From the NCBI GenBank assembly GCA_948466255.1, contig CAOJZV010000006.1:2521-66520 (forward strand): a stretch of DNA of 64,000 bases, given 5' to 3'. This DNA is from an uncultured Bacillota bacterium. GTDB taxonomy: Bacteria > Bacillota_I > Bacilli_A > RF39 > UBA660. Made by a program: the position numbers and the translations under genes. The notes below the pieces were generated by a model that ran no database searches, was not told where the DNA came from, and saw only the letters and a list, made by a program, of their open reading frames with translations. Shown piece after piece: positions 54,304 through 64,000 of this stretch (the stretch's first letter is position 1; each line of letters begins with the position of its first letter).

Positions 54304-55583
54304 TAGATATTAAATTAATAAGGGAAAATAGAGAATTAGTAAAAGAAAATATTAAAAAGAAATTTCAAGATAAAAAACTTCCTTTAGTAGATGAAGTATA
54401 CGAACTTGATAAAGAGTGCCGTGAGGCTAAACAAGAAGGAGACAAATTAAGGGCCCTAAAAAATGAAAAAAGTGCTTTAATAGGTTCTTTAATGCGTGAA
54501 GGAAAAAGGGATGAGGCTGAAAAAATTAAAGCTGAAGTAAGTGATTATGGTAATAAGATTTTGGCTTTAGAAAATAAAGAAGAAGAACTTTCTAAAAAAA
54601 TTAAAGAAGACATGATGGTTATTCCAAATATTATGGATGATTCTGTTCCTGTTGGTGAAGACGATAGTAAAAATGTAGAAAATAAAAAATATGGTGAGCC
54701 AGTCGTACCTGATTTTGAAATTCCATATCATGCAGATATTTGTGAAAAATTATGTGGTTTAGATAAAGAAAGTGCTGGTAGAACTAGTGGAAATGGATTT
54801 TATTATTTAATTGGAGATATTGCTAGACTACATTCAGCTATGCTTAGTTATGCTAGAGATTTTATGATTGATAGAGGATTCACTTATGCTATTCCACCAT
54901 TTATGATTAGAAGTGATGTTGTTACAGGCGTTATGAGTTTTGAGGAAATGGATGCGATGATGTATAAAATAGAAGGTGAAGACTTATATTTAATTGGTAC
55001 TAGTGAACATTCTATGATTGGTAAATTTAAAGACCAAATTATTAAAGAAGACGAACTTCCAATCGCAATGACTTCTTATTCACCTTGTTTTAGAAAAGAA
55101 GTAGGAGCTCATGGACTTGAGGAAAGAGGCTTATATCGTGTTCATCAATTTGAAAAACAAGAAATGGTTGTTTTGTGTAAATCCGAAGAGGGTATGGACT
55201 GGTATAATAAAATGTGGCAGTATACTGTGGATTTCTTTAGAAGTTTAGATGTACCTGTAAGAACTTTAGAATGCTGTAGTGGAGATTTAGCAGATTTAAA
55301 GGTTAAATCTTGTGATGTTGAGGCATGGAGTCCAAGACAGAAAAAATATTTTGAAGTTGGATCTTGTTCTATTTTAGGTGATGCACAAGCACGTAGACTT
55401 GGAATTCGTATGAAAACAGAAGAAGGAAATAAGTATGTAACTACTTTAAATAATACTGTTTTAGCTACTCCGCGTGGTTTAATTGCTGTACTTGAAAATA
55501 ATTATAATGAGGATGGAAGTGTTAATATTCCAGAAGCTTTAAGACCTTACATGGGTGGGAAAGCAAAAATTGAAATTAAATAA
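54300..55583 (+). CDS. serS: Serine--tRNA ligase
   Basis: N-terminal coiled-coil arm and class II motifs (FRKE...G..R.HQFEK, TLNNTVLATPRGLIAVLEN). Confidence 0.92.
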   Translation: MIDIKLIRENRELVKENIKKKFQDKKLPLVDEVYELDKECREAKQEGDKLRALKNEKSALIGSLMREGKRDEAEKIKAEVSDYGNKILALENKEEELSKKIKEDMMVIPNIMDDSVPVGEDDSKNVENKKYGEPVVPDFEIPYHADICEKLCGLDKESAGRTSGNGFYYLIGDIARLHSAMLSYARDFMIDRGFTYAIPPFMIRSDVVTGVMSFEEMDAMMYKIEGEDLYLIGTSEHSMIGKFKDQIIKEDELPIAMTSYSPCFRKEVGAHGLEERGLYRVHQFEKQEMVVLCKSEEGMDWYNKMWQYTVDFFRSLDVPVRTLECCSGDLADLKVKSCDVEAWSPRQKKYFEVGSCSILGDAQARRLGIRMKTEEGNKYVTTLNNTVLATPRGLIAVLENNYNEDGSVNIPEALRPYMGGKAKIEIK

Positions 55584-55606
55584 AATAGCTTATTTAAGCT
55601 ATTTTT
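55584..55606 (+). terminator. Intrinsic terminator after serS
   Basis: AATAGCTTA / TAAGCTATT hairpin followed by T5. Confidence 0.55.
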
Positions 55607-55634
55607 AGTGTAAAATATTATCAAGGAGGTAAAT

Positions 55635-56360
55635 ATGCGAGTTGGAATTTTTGATTCTGGTATTGGAGGCCTTACCGTTCTTAATTGTTTAATTGAAAGT
55701 TATCCTAATAATGAATATATATATTTTGGGGATACTTTAAATTTACCTTATGGAACAAAAAGTTTAGAGCAGCTAAGGGAGTATGCAGATAAAATTATTA
55801 ATTTTTTAATTAGTAAAAGGGTGGATATTATTGTTATAGCTTGTGGGACAATTAGTTCTAATTTATATGAAGAAATAAAAGAAAAATATTCTATTCCTAT
55901 TATTGATGTTTTAACCCCAACAGTTAAATATATTAAAGAAAATAACCTGAATAATGTTGGTGTTTTTGCTACGCCAATGACTATCAAAAGTGGGGCGCTT
56001 AATAGTGTGGTTAATAATTCTATATCTTGTCCTTTATTTGTCCCTTTAATTGAAAGTGGAAAAATAAATACTAAAGAATGTGATGAAGCTGTTATTGATT
56101 ATTTAAAAAGGCTCGGTGATTGTGAATATATAATTTTGGGATGTACACATTATCCAGTTTTAGAGAAAGTTATTAATAAGCATAGTAATTCTAAATTAAT
56201 TAATATGGGGCAGTGTGTTTCAAATTATATTAATATAAGTAATGAGGGAAAACTAAAAGTTACTTTATATTTTTCATTATTATCGGATGAGCTTTTAAAA
56301 AACATTTCAACAATTATTAAAACACCTTATGAAATAAAACAACAAGTTTTGTCAAATTAA
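55635..56360 (+). CDS. murI: Glutamate racemase
   Basis: IGIFDSGIGGLTVL, and the catalytic Cys motifs IACGT and GCTHYP. Confidence 0.92.
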   Translation: MRVGIFDSGIGGLTVLNCLIESYPNNEYIYFGDTLNLPYGTKSLEQLREYADKIINFLISKRVDIIVIACGTISSNLYEEIKEKYSIPIIDVLTPTVKYIKENNLNNVGVFATPMTIKSGALNSVVNNSISCPLFVPLIESGKINTKECDEAVIDYLKRLGDCEYIILGCTHYPVLEKVINKHSNSKLINMGQCVSNYINISNEGKLKVTLYFSLLSDELLKNISTIIKTPYEIKQQVLSN

Positions 56361-56425
56361 CTTACAAATTTGTAAGTTAATTTTATATTTATTTTGATAT
56401 AATGGTAATAGATGGAGGCGATGTT

Positions 56426-56641
56426 ATGAATAGTAGAATAAAACAAATTATATTATTTATAATTGGGGTTGTAATTATAATAGCCTTATTATTTATATTT
56501 TTCTATGCCTTTATATTTTTGGTTATTATAGGATTAATTTATTATATATATAGAAAAATTTTTAAAAGGCCAAAAAAGGTTAATATAGTAAATGATGATA
56601 ATAAAAAAATAAATCCTGTAATTATTGATATGGAAGATTAA
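56426..56641 (+). CDS. Hypothetical small membrane protein
   Basis: 71 aa with two hydrophobic helices. ATG follows a GGAGG SD. Confidence 0.45.
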   Translation: MNSRIKQIILFIIGVVIIIALLFIFFYAFIFLVIIGLIYYIYRKIFKRPKKVNIVNDDNKKINPVIIDMED

Positions 56642-56740
56642 CTTTACAGTTTTGAAAAAATTGTAAGTCTTTGGACTTTATGACTTTGTTATTTGATTTT
56701 AGGGGTGTTTTGCTATATAATGTTTATACGAGGTGATATT

Positions 56741-57220
56741 TTGAATATTGATATTACTAAATTGAAATCAGGTTTAGATGATTATATTACCATTGATGAA
56801 ACTTATTCTTTTTCTGAAGAAGAACTTAAAAATAGTTCAATTTTAAAACTTGATAATGTTAAAATTAATGGAGAAATCACAAAAAATAGTATAGATGATT
56901 ATGTAATTAATATAATGGTAAAGGGAACAATGGTTTTACCTTGCAGTGTTTCTTTAAAGCCTACTAATTATGATTTTCAGGTTCAAATTGATGGAAATAT
57001 AGCTGAAATCATGGCAGAATTTAATGAAAATTTCGAAAACAATCAAAAAACTCTTGATATTTTGCCAATAATATGGGAAAATATATTGATGGAAATTCCC
57101 ATTCGAATTGTTAGTGATGACATTAGTGATGTTAAAACTGAAGGAGAAGGTTGGGAACTTATTACCGATGATAAAGAAATGGTAAATCCAAATTTAGCTA
57201 AATTAAAAGATTTATTATAG
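56741..57220 (+). CDS. yceD: YceD/DUF177 family protein (ribosome-associated, upstream of rpmF)
   Basis: Conserved position directly upstream of rpmF and an acidic C-terminus. The putative TTG start follows a GAGGTGA SD and is uncertain. Confidence 0.6.
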   Translation: MNIDITKLKSGLDDYITIDETYSFSEEELKNSSILKLDNVKINGEITKNSIDDYVINIMVKGTMVLPCSVSLKPTNYDFQVQIDGNIAEIMAEFNENFENNQKTLDILPIIWENILMEIPIRIVSDDISDVKTEGEGWELITDDKEMVNPNLAKLKDLL

Positions 57221-57232
57221 GAGGTGTTAAAA

Positions 57233-57418
57233 ATGGCAGTACCAGCTAGAAAAGTTAGTAAAACTAGAGGTAGAAAACGTCGTACACATTATAAAATAGA
57301 CGAAAAAACTGTAACAGTTTGTCCAAAATGTGGAGCTACTGTAAAACCACATAGAGTTTGTAAAACTTGTGGAACTTATAAAGGAAAAGAAGTTATTGAA
57401 ACCGAAACAGCTGAATAG
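57233..57418 (+). CDS. rpmF: 50S ribosomal protein L32
   Basis: [21 protein letters not shown] plus a CPKCG...CKTCG zinc ribbon. Confidence 0.95.
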   Translation: MAVPARKVSKTRGRKRRTHYKIDEKTVTVCPKCGATVKPHRVCKTCGTYKGKEVIETETAE

Positions 57419-57460
57419 GCTGTTTTATTATTATAAAAAATCCACAATAATTTGTGGACT

Positions 57461-58591
57461 TTAATTTGTGTAACGCATATTTTCGTTTGAAATATTAAAT
57501 ATTAATCCCATAGCTATCATGTAACTAAGTAGACTAGATCCACCATAGCTAATAAATGGGAGAGTTATTCCGGTAATCGGTAATAGACCAAAGGTCATAC
57601 CAATATTTTGAATTTGTTGATAAATAAGCATACCAGTTACACCAGCTATTACATATTTATTAATTAATTTATTAGTTTTAACAGCTAGCATAATTAATCT
57701 AATATCAAAAAATGCTATTAAGGCTAGTAAAAAAGCTGAACCAATAAAACCAAAATGACTAGCAAATACTGCAAATATAAAGTCAGTTTGGGCTTCTGGA
57801 AAGTAAATAGGATTAACGTTCCAGCCATAACCTAATAGTCCTGCTGATCCAATGGCACTTAGACTTTGTTCTAATTGATAACCGCTTTGGTTTGACCAGT
57901 CTAATAATCTATCAACTCTTAAGAAGAAACTTGTTCCGAAAATATTTATAAATAAATCTTGGCTTATAAAATAAATTCCTAAAACTAATAAAACTAGGCC
58001 ACCTAAAATTCCAAAAAGAATTGCAAACCATCTATATCTAATTCCAGAAACAAATAACATAACTAAAGTAATTAAAATATAGATCATTACAACTCCAGTG
58101 TCTGGTTGTAAAAAGGTTAATATACTTGGAATTAAAACAATTACTATTGTTTTAATTAAAAAATAAAATTCTTCTCTTAAACTTGGATTGGGAAAATCTT
58201 CATTAAATTTTGAAATTAGGGTAGCAACTGAAATGATTAATATAATTTTCATAAATTCACTTGGTTGAATTGTACCAATTCCTTTAATTTCATACCAGCA
58301 TGTCGCATCATTGATATTTACTCCGAAGAAGAATAAACCAATCAAGGAAAGAATTCCAATTCCATATAATACCCAAACTATTCGGTATATGTGCGTATTA
58401 CCTATGGTCATTACTAGATAGGCTATAATAAATCCAGCTATATACCACATTATTTGTTTACCCATTAAATCATTCATATAACTTGGTAATATACTATTTG
58501 CACCATAAAGTGTAAGAACACTAACTATGGCAAATAATATAATTGGGATAAGAATGGTTTTATCAATTTTATATTTTGATATATTTTTCAT
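57461..58591 (-). CDS. SEDS family protein (FtsW/RodA/SpoVE)
   Basis: 10-TM protein with the C-terminal signature GLLPITGITLPFISYGGSS. Confidence 0.88.
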   Translation of the reverse strand: MKNISKYKIDKTILIPIILFAIVSVLTLYGANSILPSYMNDLMGKQIMWYIAGFIIAYLVMTIGNTHIYRIVWVLYGIGILSLIGLFFFGVNINDATCWYEIKGIGTIQPSEFMKIILIISVATLISKFNEDFPNPSLREEFYFLIKTIVIVLIPSILTFLQPDTGVVMIYILITLVMLFVSGIRYRWFAILFGILGGLVLLVLGIYFISQDLFINIFGTSFFLRVDRLLDWSNQSGYQLEQSLSAIGSAGLLGYGWNVNPIYFPEAQTDFIFAVFASHFGFIGSAFLLALIAFFDIRLIMLAVKTNKLINKYVIAGVTGMLIYQQIQNIGMTFGLLPITGITLPFISYGGSSLLSYMIAMGLIFNISNENMRYTN

Positions 58592-58696
58592 GTTATCACC
58601 AATAAATATAATACACTAACTTTAATAATTATACAATAATTCGAAAAAAAGTTTCAAAAAAAAGAAAAATATAGTATAATTAAATAGGTGATATAA

Positions 58697-59008
58697 ATGA
58701 TTTGGCAATATTTAATAATAATAGTGGTTTTACTTTTAATTGCGTTTGCAATAGTAAAATCAAAGAAAAAAGATTTTAAATTAGAGGCAAATAAGTTAGT
58801 ACAATTTTTGGGTGGGAAAGCTAATATTATTGATTATGAAGTTAACAATTCAAGATTTGTAGCTACTCTTCACAATATTGATTTAGTTAATAAAGAAGCT
58901 ATTCAAAAAATGGGCGCTCAAGGTATTGTAGAAATAGATAATCAACTTAAAATTATTTTTGGTGATGAATCTAGACAGTTAAAAAAACATATTGATGCTT
59001 TAAAATAG
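58697..59008 (+). CDS. Membrane-anchored protein with a degenerate PTS EIIB-like domain
   Basis: N-terminal TM helix, then LVQFLGGKANIIDYEVNNSRFVATL...GAQGIVEIDNQLKIIFG. This resembles a glucose-type EIIB fold but lacks the catalytic Cys (NNSR in place of CxTR). Confidence 0.5.
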   Translation: MIWQYLIIIVVLLLIAFAIVKSKKKDFKLEANKLVQFLGGKANIIDYEVNNSRFVATLHNIDLVNKEAIQKMGAQGIVEIDNQLKIIFGDESRQLKKHIDALK

Positions 59009-59100
59009 ATTATTATCTATTTTTTTTGACCATTTTTTACATAGCCTTACAAAATTCGACAAAATCCGACATTGATAATATTTTATAATTTTGGTAAGAG

Positions 59101-60339
59101 GTGAATTATGTGACTATTATTGATGGACTATTTTTAGATGTTCTTCATGTTTTAATTCCTTTTCTATTTTATTTATTTTATATTGCATATAAAAATTCTT
59201 TTGATGATAAAGAAAATGAATTGGCTGTTATAATAACGATTTTTTCATCATTATATATAATTTTAAAATATAATGCCCCAATTTTTAATGGTGTACCAAT
59301 GTTTTTAGTTAGTTTACCACTATTAATTTCTTGTTTCAAAAAAAATGATATTGCAGTTTATATGTCTTCTATAATTGCAGTTTATTATTATTATAAATTT
59401 TATGATGGTTTTGTATTTTTAATTTTACTTGAGTTTTTATTATATTTTTTAATTTATAAATTTTTATTTAATAAAATTAAACCATGGAAATTTGCCTTTT
59501 TGTATACATTAATATTATTAATTTTTAATTGTATAATCGCTTTCTTTATATACAATTCGGTTAATTACTATTTGGAGATTATACTTGTTAGTTTGATATT
59601 CTTTGTGACATCAACTTTAATAGTATATTTATTAGCTAAAACTGAGGAATTGTTAAATGCTAGAATAACTGCTAAAGAAATTGAGCATGATAAACAAATT
59701 AAAAATACTTTATTTCAGATTACTCATGAAATTAAAAACCCTATTGCGGTGTGTAAAGGATATTTAGATATGTTTGATGTAGAAAATCCTAAACATGCAA
59801 AAAAATATATTCCAATTATGAGGGAAGAAATTGAGAAGACTTTATTTTTACTTGAAGACTTTTTATCTATGAATAAACTAAAAATAAATAAAGATTTATT
59901 AGATGTTAATTATTTGCTTGCTAATTTTATTAAAACTTATGAGCCTTATTTTAATGAAAATAAAATAAAAGCTGATATTAAAATTACAGATAATGAGGTA
60001 TATTTAAATGGTGATTATAATAGGTTATTTCAGGTTTTTACTAATATAATGAAAAATAGTATTGAAGCACTGAGTGATAATCCACAAATAAATGTTTGGA
60101 CAGAAATCAAAGATAACAAATTTTATATTTATTTTAAAGATAATGGTGAGGGGATACCTGCTGACATTTTAGAAAAAATAAAAGAACCTTTTTTTACTAC
60201 TAAAATGAAAGGAACTGGTTTAGGAGTTTCTTTATCTAATGAAATTATTGAAGGTCATGATGGTAAATTATTGTATGATTCTAAAATGGGTGAGTATACT
60301 TTGACAACTATTATTTTACCAGTCGTAGATTGGGATTAA
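59101..60339 (+). CDS. Sensor histidine kinase (multi-TM)
   Basis: An intact H-box (ITHEIKNPIAV) and N/G1/G2 boxes (NIMKNSIEA, DNGEGIP, GTGLGVS). Confidence 0.85.
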   Translation: MNYVTIIDGLFLDVLHVLIPFLFYLFYIAYKNSFDDKENELAVIITIFSSLYIILKYNAPIFNGVPMFLVSLPLLISCFKKNDIAVYMSSIIAVYYYYKFYDGFVFLILLEFLLYFLIYKFLFNKIKPWKFAFLYTLILLIFNCIIAFFIYNSVNYYLEIILVSLIFFVTSTLIVYLLAKTEELLNARITAKEIEHDKQIKNTLFQITHEIKNPIAVCKGYLDMFDVENPKHAKKYIPIMREEIEKTLFLLEDFLSMNKLKINKDLLDVNYLLANFIKTYEPYFNENKIKADIKITDNEVYLNGDYNRLFQVFTNIMKNSIEALSDNPQINVWTEIKDNKFYIYFKDNGEGIPADILEKIKEPFFTTKMKGTGLGVSLSNEIIEGHDGKLLYDSKMGEYTLTTIILPVVDWD

Positions 60340-60366
60340 AAAATAAGAAGCAACTAAATTTGCTTC

Positions 60367-61317
60367 TTATTTTAGTTCTAAGTAATACTCATTGTTAAAA
60401 TCATGATTAGTAGTATCTAAACTTAATAATTTATTAGTATCTATTAAGAAAAATTTGTGGAGTAGCATATTACTTTTATCACTGGTTACAGGGTCATCCC
60501 AAGTTAAATCTAAATGGAGCCATTTTCCGTTTAAATAAACTAAGTTCCATATGTGATTTATATTTGAAATTTTATAGTTTTTAATTCCCAAATCATCAAG
60601 AATTAATTTCATGGCATCACTATATCCGCTACAAAGGGCTTTACCTTCTAATAAAGGTCCGTTTGCTTTGTGTGAATTATATTTATAATTTGTGTCATCA
60701 CCCTTTTCTATTTGGGCAGCTCTTTCTTCATCATAAACCGAGTGATTAATTATGTAATCATGGAAGGCTTTGATTTTTTCTTCATCAGTCATACTATCCT
60801 TTATTACTTCGCATTTAATTTCTTCTAATTTTGTATTTATATTTTGAATATCTTCAGCGCTATATAATTTATCTAATGTGATAGTTGCTTTTCCATATGT
60901 ATTAGTTGTTACATATAATTTTTGATAGCTATTATATGGTGAGACCATATTATTAATGACTGATAAAAGTATTTGATCTTTTGAAATTTCTTTTAAATCA
61001 TTTAAACAATTATCATAGTCTTTTGAACAATAAAATGAATATGAATCTTTTCCAGAATTTAATATTGTATATATGGCATTTAAGATACCTTGTTTATCTT
61101 TTACGTGAAAATCATTTGTATTTTGAACAAAACTAAAATCAAAGCTTTTGGTATATTTGTTATCGTCTGGTTTATTTACTTTTGTATATTCGGTTACATT
61201 TTCCATAACAAAGGTTACGATTTCAGTCCTATAGAATATACATATAACCAATAGTATCAGAAGCATGATTGTTGATATATGGAATTTATAGTGCTTCATA
61301 TTATCACCTTTTTTCAC
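60367..61317 (-). CDS. Transglutaminase-like cysteine protease domain protein
   Basis: N-terminal signal-anchor, and the C-terminal core GKALCSGYSDAMKLILDDLGI...HIWNLVYLNGKWLHLDLTWDD (Cys-His-Asp). Confidence 0.75.
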   Translation of the reverse strand: MKKGDNMKHYKFHISTIMLLILLVICIFYRTEIVTFVMENVTEYTKVNKPDDNKYTKSFDFSFVQNTNDFHVKDKQGILNAIYTILNSGKDSYSFYCSKDYDNCLNDLKEISKDQILLSVINNMVSPYNSYQKLYVTTNTYGKATITLDKLYSAEDIQNINTKLEEIKCEVIKDSMTDEEKIKAFHDYIINHSVYDEERAAQIEKGDDTNYKYNSHKANGPLLEGKALCSGYSDAMKLILDDLGIKNYKISNINHIWNLVYLNGKWLHLDLTWDDPVTSDKSNMLLHKFFLIDTNKLLSLDTTNHDFNNEYYLELK

Positions 61318-61668
61318 TTTCTTTAATATGATATGTTTTTTTCTAATAAAATTATAACATAGTTTTTGTTCTTATAATATATACTTTTTATAATTTATTG
61401 AAAAGTATTTTACATATATATTTGTTATTAGATATAATGTGATATTTTTTTACAAATATTTAATATATTGTTGATTATTTTGCTTTACAAATTTACCAAA
61501 TTGGTAATTTTTTCTTACTAAAAGGGGAATTTGGTAAATTGTAACAAAAAAGAAGGAAATTGATGTACAAAAATTGTATATTTATTTGAAAGAGTATTTT
61601 TTATTCTTTCAAATGACAAGGGATTTCATATATAAAAGAATAAAGGAGGTATTAGAAGGAGGGAATAG

Positions 61669-62535
61669 ATGGCAAGAATTAAATGTATTGATAAAGATGG
61701 TAACATTTTTTATAAAGCAGGAGCAGATGGAATGTTTAAAACAATATTTGGCGATGAACAAGATAAAGAACTTTTAGAAAAGTTATTAGAAGTAACTTTA
61801 GATGAAAAAGTAAAAGTAGAAAGAATACTTAATCCTGGTATATTAAAAACCAATGTGAGAAGCAAAGATAAAACTTTAGATTTACTTGTAAGAGGTTCAG
61901 ATGATACTTTATATAATATAGAAGTAAACATGTCATATTATAAACATTTAAATAGGAGAAATGCCGCTTTTGTGTTTAGTAAATATTCAGAAGATTTAAA
62001 GGTAAGTGATTCATATACAAATATGAATAAAATAATTCAAATAAATTTAACTAGCGAATTATCTGAAGAAGGTGAATTAATAAATGAATATAAATTAATT
62101 GATGAGAATACTAAAAAAGAATACATTGATAATTTTGTAATATATGAATTTAACTTGGATAAGTTAAAGGAAGTATGTTATAATAAAGATGAATTTGGAA
62201 AGTATAAAATATTAGTTTCACTTATATGTGATGATGTTGAACTGCATGATATATGTAGAGGAGATAAACTCTTAGAGAAACTCGAAAGGAAGGTTATAGA
62301 TATGAATAAAGATCCTGAATTTATAGAATTTATGAGTGAAGAAGAGGAAATGGAAAAGCTTCAAAAAACATTGATGGAAAATGCCAGAGAAGAAGGAACT
62401 CTTCAAGGGATTGAACAAGGTTCAAAAGAAAAACAATTACAAATTGCCAAAAATATGCTTGCAAAAAATATGGATATTGATTTAATATCAGAAGTTACTA
62501 ATTTATCAAAAGAAGAGATTGAAACTTTAAAATAG
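61669..62535 (+). CDS. Rpn family recombination-promoting nuclease / putative transposase (PDDEXK_2)
   Basis: N-terminus DGMFKTIFGDEQDKELLEKLLEVTL and DLLVRGSDDTLYNIEVN (D...E.K core). The C-terminal repeat region is EGIEQGSKEKQLQIAKNMLAKNMDIDLISEVTNLSKEEIE. Confidence 0.7.
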   Translation: MARIKCIDKDGNIFYKAGADGMFKTIFGDEQDKELLEKLLEVTLDEKVKVERILNPGILKTNVRSKDKTLDLLVRGSDDTLYNIEVNMSYYKHLNRRNAAFVFSKYSEDLKVSDSYTNMNKIIQINLTSELSEEGELINEYKLIDENTKKEYIDNFVIYEFNLDKLKEVCYNKDEFGKYKILVSLICDDVELHDICRGDKLLEKLERKVIDMNKDPEFIEFMSEEEEMEKLQKTLMENAREEGTLQGIEQGSKEKQLQIAKNMLAKNMDIDLISEVTNLSKEEIETLK

Positions 62536-62569
62536 GTTTCAATCTCTTTTGTTCATAAAAAAAATCAAA

Positions 62570-62833
62570 TTATTGCATTTGATTTACTTTTTTAGTTAGT
62601 CTTGACTTTTCGCGGGCACATTTATTTTTAGCCACTACATTTGCTCCAGTTGCTTTATCGATTCTTTTGATTGCAACTCTTAAAGCTTCTTCTGCACCGT
62701 TTTTGTCTTTAGCTAAAACTGCTTTTTCAACATTTTTAACTGCAGTTTTCATGCTTGCAGCATAACTGTTATTACGGATATGTTTTTTCGCATTAACAAG
62801 TACTCTTTTTTTCGCATTTTTCATATTGGCCAT
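62570..62833 (-). CDS. rpsT: 30S ribosomal protein S20
   Basis: MANMKNAKKRVLVNAKKHIRNNSYAASMKTAVK is canonical S20. Confidence 0.95.
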   Translation of the reverse strand: MANMKNAKKRVLVNAKKHIRNNSYAASMKTAVKNVEKAVLAKDKNGAEEALRVAIKRIDKATGANVVAKNKCAREKSRLTKKVNQMQ

Positions 62834-62940
62834 ATAATTTCACCTCCAAGCCACACTCGTAAATACATTTTAACAAAAAATAAAGAAAAAAGCAAATAAA
62901 ATATGGTATTTTTGGTAAAAATAGTTAATGGGTGATGAAA

Positions 62941-63945
62941 ATGGGACATGAAATAGATTTAAACAAATTTGAAATCAGGACAGATTTGACGATTGAATTA
63001 GCTACAGAAGGAATCAAATCTAGAGAAATAGGGGATGTTAAAGTAACAGATATTACTTTAAATGAATCACAGGGAAAAGAAATCAATAAGAAAGCTGGTA
63101 GATATATTACTCTTGAATTCCCTGATATTACAGATTATGATAATAGTGAAAAAATCAAAACTATTTTTAGTGAAGAACTTTCAAAATTGTTTGAAACTAT
63201 TAAAGTTAATGAGGAAAGTACTTGTTTAGTAATTGGACTTGGAAACGAAAAAACTGCTCCTGATGCAGTTGGGCCCTTAACTATTGCTAAAACTATTGTG
63301 ACTAATCATTTATATGTTTACGGTCAGTTAGAGGAAGGATTTAGACGCGTTTGGGCAATTTCTCCTGGTGTAATGGGGGAGACTGGAATGGAAACTAGTG
63401 ATTTGATTAAAGGTATTGTAGCTACTATTAAACCTGATTTTGTTATTACTGTTGACGCATTAGCTAGTGGTTCTATAGAGAGAGTAAACAAAACTATTCA
63501 AATGACTGATGCTGGAATAAATCCTGGAAGTGGAGTTGGTAATAAAAGAAAGGAAATTAGTAAAGATAATATAGGTGTTCCTGTGATTGCGATTGGAATT
63601 CCAACTGTTGTTGATGCAGCTAGTATTGTAAGTGATACTATTAATTATATGTATAAACATTTTGCTTATAATAAGGAGAATTACGATAATCCAGCTCAAA
63701 AATTAAAATTTGGAGTTAATTATTTGAAAAAAGAAGTTAATATTTTAGATGATGATAAAAAAAATTTATTTGGAATTGTTGGCTCTTTGAATGATTTTGA
63801 AGTGAAGTCTTTAATTTATGAAATTTTAAATCCTATTGGATATAATTTAATGGTTACTCCTAAAGAAGAGGATTTCGTTGTGGAAAAAATATCTGATGTT
63901 ATTAGTGGAGGAATTAATAAATCACTTCACAAAAATGTTGAATAA
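62941..63945 (+). CDS. gpr: Germination protease GPR
   Basis: IRTDLTIE, VIGLGNEKTAPDAVGP, TVDALASGSIERVNKTIQMTDAGINPGSGVGNKR and VPVIAIGIPTVVDA. It is divergent from rpsT, as in Bacillus. Confidence 0.9.
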   Translation: MGHEIDLNKFEIRTDLTIELATEGIKSREIGDVKVTDITLNESQGKEINKKAGRYITLEFPDITDYDNSEKIKTIFSEELSKLFETIKVNEESTCLVIGLGNEKTAPDAVGPLTIAKTIVTNHLYVYGQLEEGFRRVWAISPGVMGETGMETSDLIKGIVATIKPDFVITVDALASGSIERVNKTIQMTDAGINPGSGVGNKRKEISKDNIGVPVIAIGIPTVVDAASIVSDTINYMYKHFAYNKENYDNPAQKLKFGVNYLKKEVNILDDDKKNLFGIVGSLNDFEVKSLIYEILNPIGYNLMVTPKEEDFVVEKISDVISGGINKSLHKNVE

Positions 63946-64000
63946 GATACTTCGGTATCTTTTTTTTGCTGAAATTTTAAAACTTGGCAGAATTTTACAC

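Noticed and set aside
61574-61777. 67-aa ORF overlapping the start of the Rpn-family gene
   Set aside because: It is in a different frame from the well-supported nuclease ORF, which has a GGAGGGA SD at the right distance. Its product is low-complexity.
1-64000. Search for CRISPR arrays, tRNA and rRNA genes
   Set aside because: No direct-repeat/spacer periodicity was seen in any intergenic region. No cloverleaf-like GC-rich ~75-nt segments and no rRNA signature sequences were seen. The only structured RNAs supported are rnpB, the T-box leader and the putative TA RNAs.

Overview
This is a 64-kb chromosomal window from a very AT-rich, spore-forming Firmicute. Markers are a type-B RNase P RNA, polC, the rpoE delta subunit, gpsB, yunB, yabG-veg-spoVG-yabP-yabQ-divIC, gerQ and gpr. 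These suggest a Bacilli or Erysipelotrichia-like lineage, but the exact taxon cannot be called from sequence alone. Most of the window is core machinery: rodZ-pgsA-recA-rny, nrdD/nrdG, trpS, prfB-ftsEX, prfA-prmC, rnr, polC, polA, serS, murI, rpmF, rpsT and gpr. No rRNA, tRNA or CRISPR array was found. Eight things are not ordinary. (1) Two diverged inverted copies of a ~450-bp intergenic module at 24.66-25.10 kb and 32.27-32.71 kb bracket 7.2 kb of core genes. Each copy reads as a type I toxin-antitoxin-like locus with a 27-aa hydrophobic peptide, an SD-sequestering hairpin, a 5'/3' long-range helix supported by a compensatory change, and a convergent antisense RNA. (2) nrdD ends at an in-frame TAG, and the glycyl-radical motif lies on a separate 53-codon ORF with its own SD. 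The junction sits inside an apparent 96-nt tandem duplication. (3) A G13 homopolymer fills the spacer of the promoter of a stand-alone surface-protein cassette between ftsX and yabG. (4) A three or four gene accessory islet lies between nrdG and trpS, encoding an HExxH protein, a GHKL-ATPase/STAS-like fusion and a small TM protein. (5) An IS30-family element sits in a terminator palindrome with a 25-bp duplication. (6) A Ser T-box leader is followed by an unknown coiled-coil ORF that is translationally coupled to serS. (7) Three unrelated 19-nt GC-rich palindromes each precede an LSWSH-coding motif in or next to a DUF1016 nuclease gene. (8) A hybrid histidine kinase has Gln in place of the phospho-acceptor His. 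All functional calls come from motif recognition by eye, and no searches were run.
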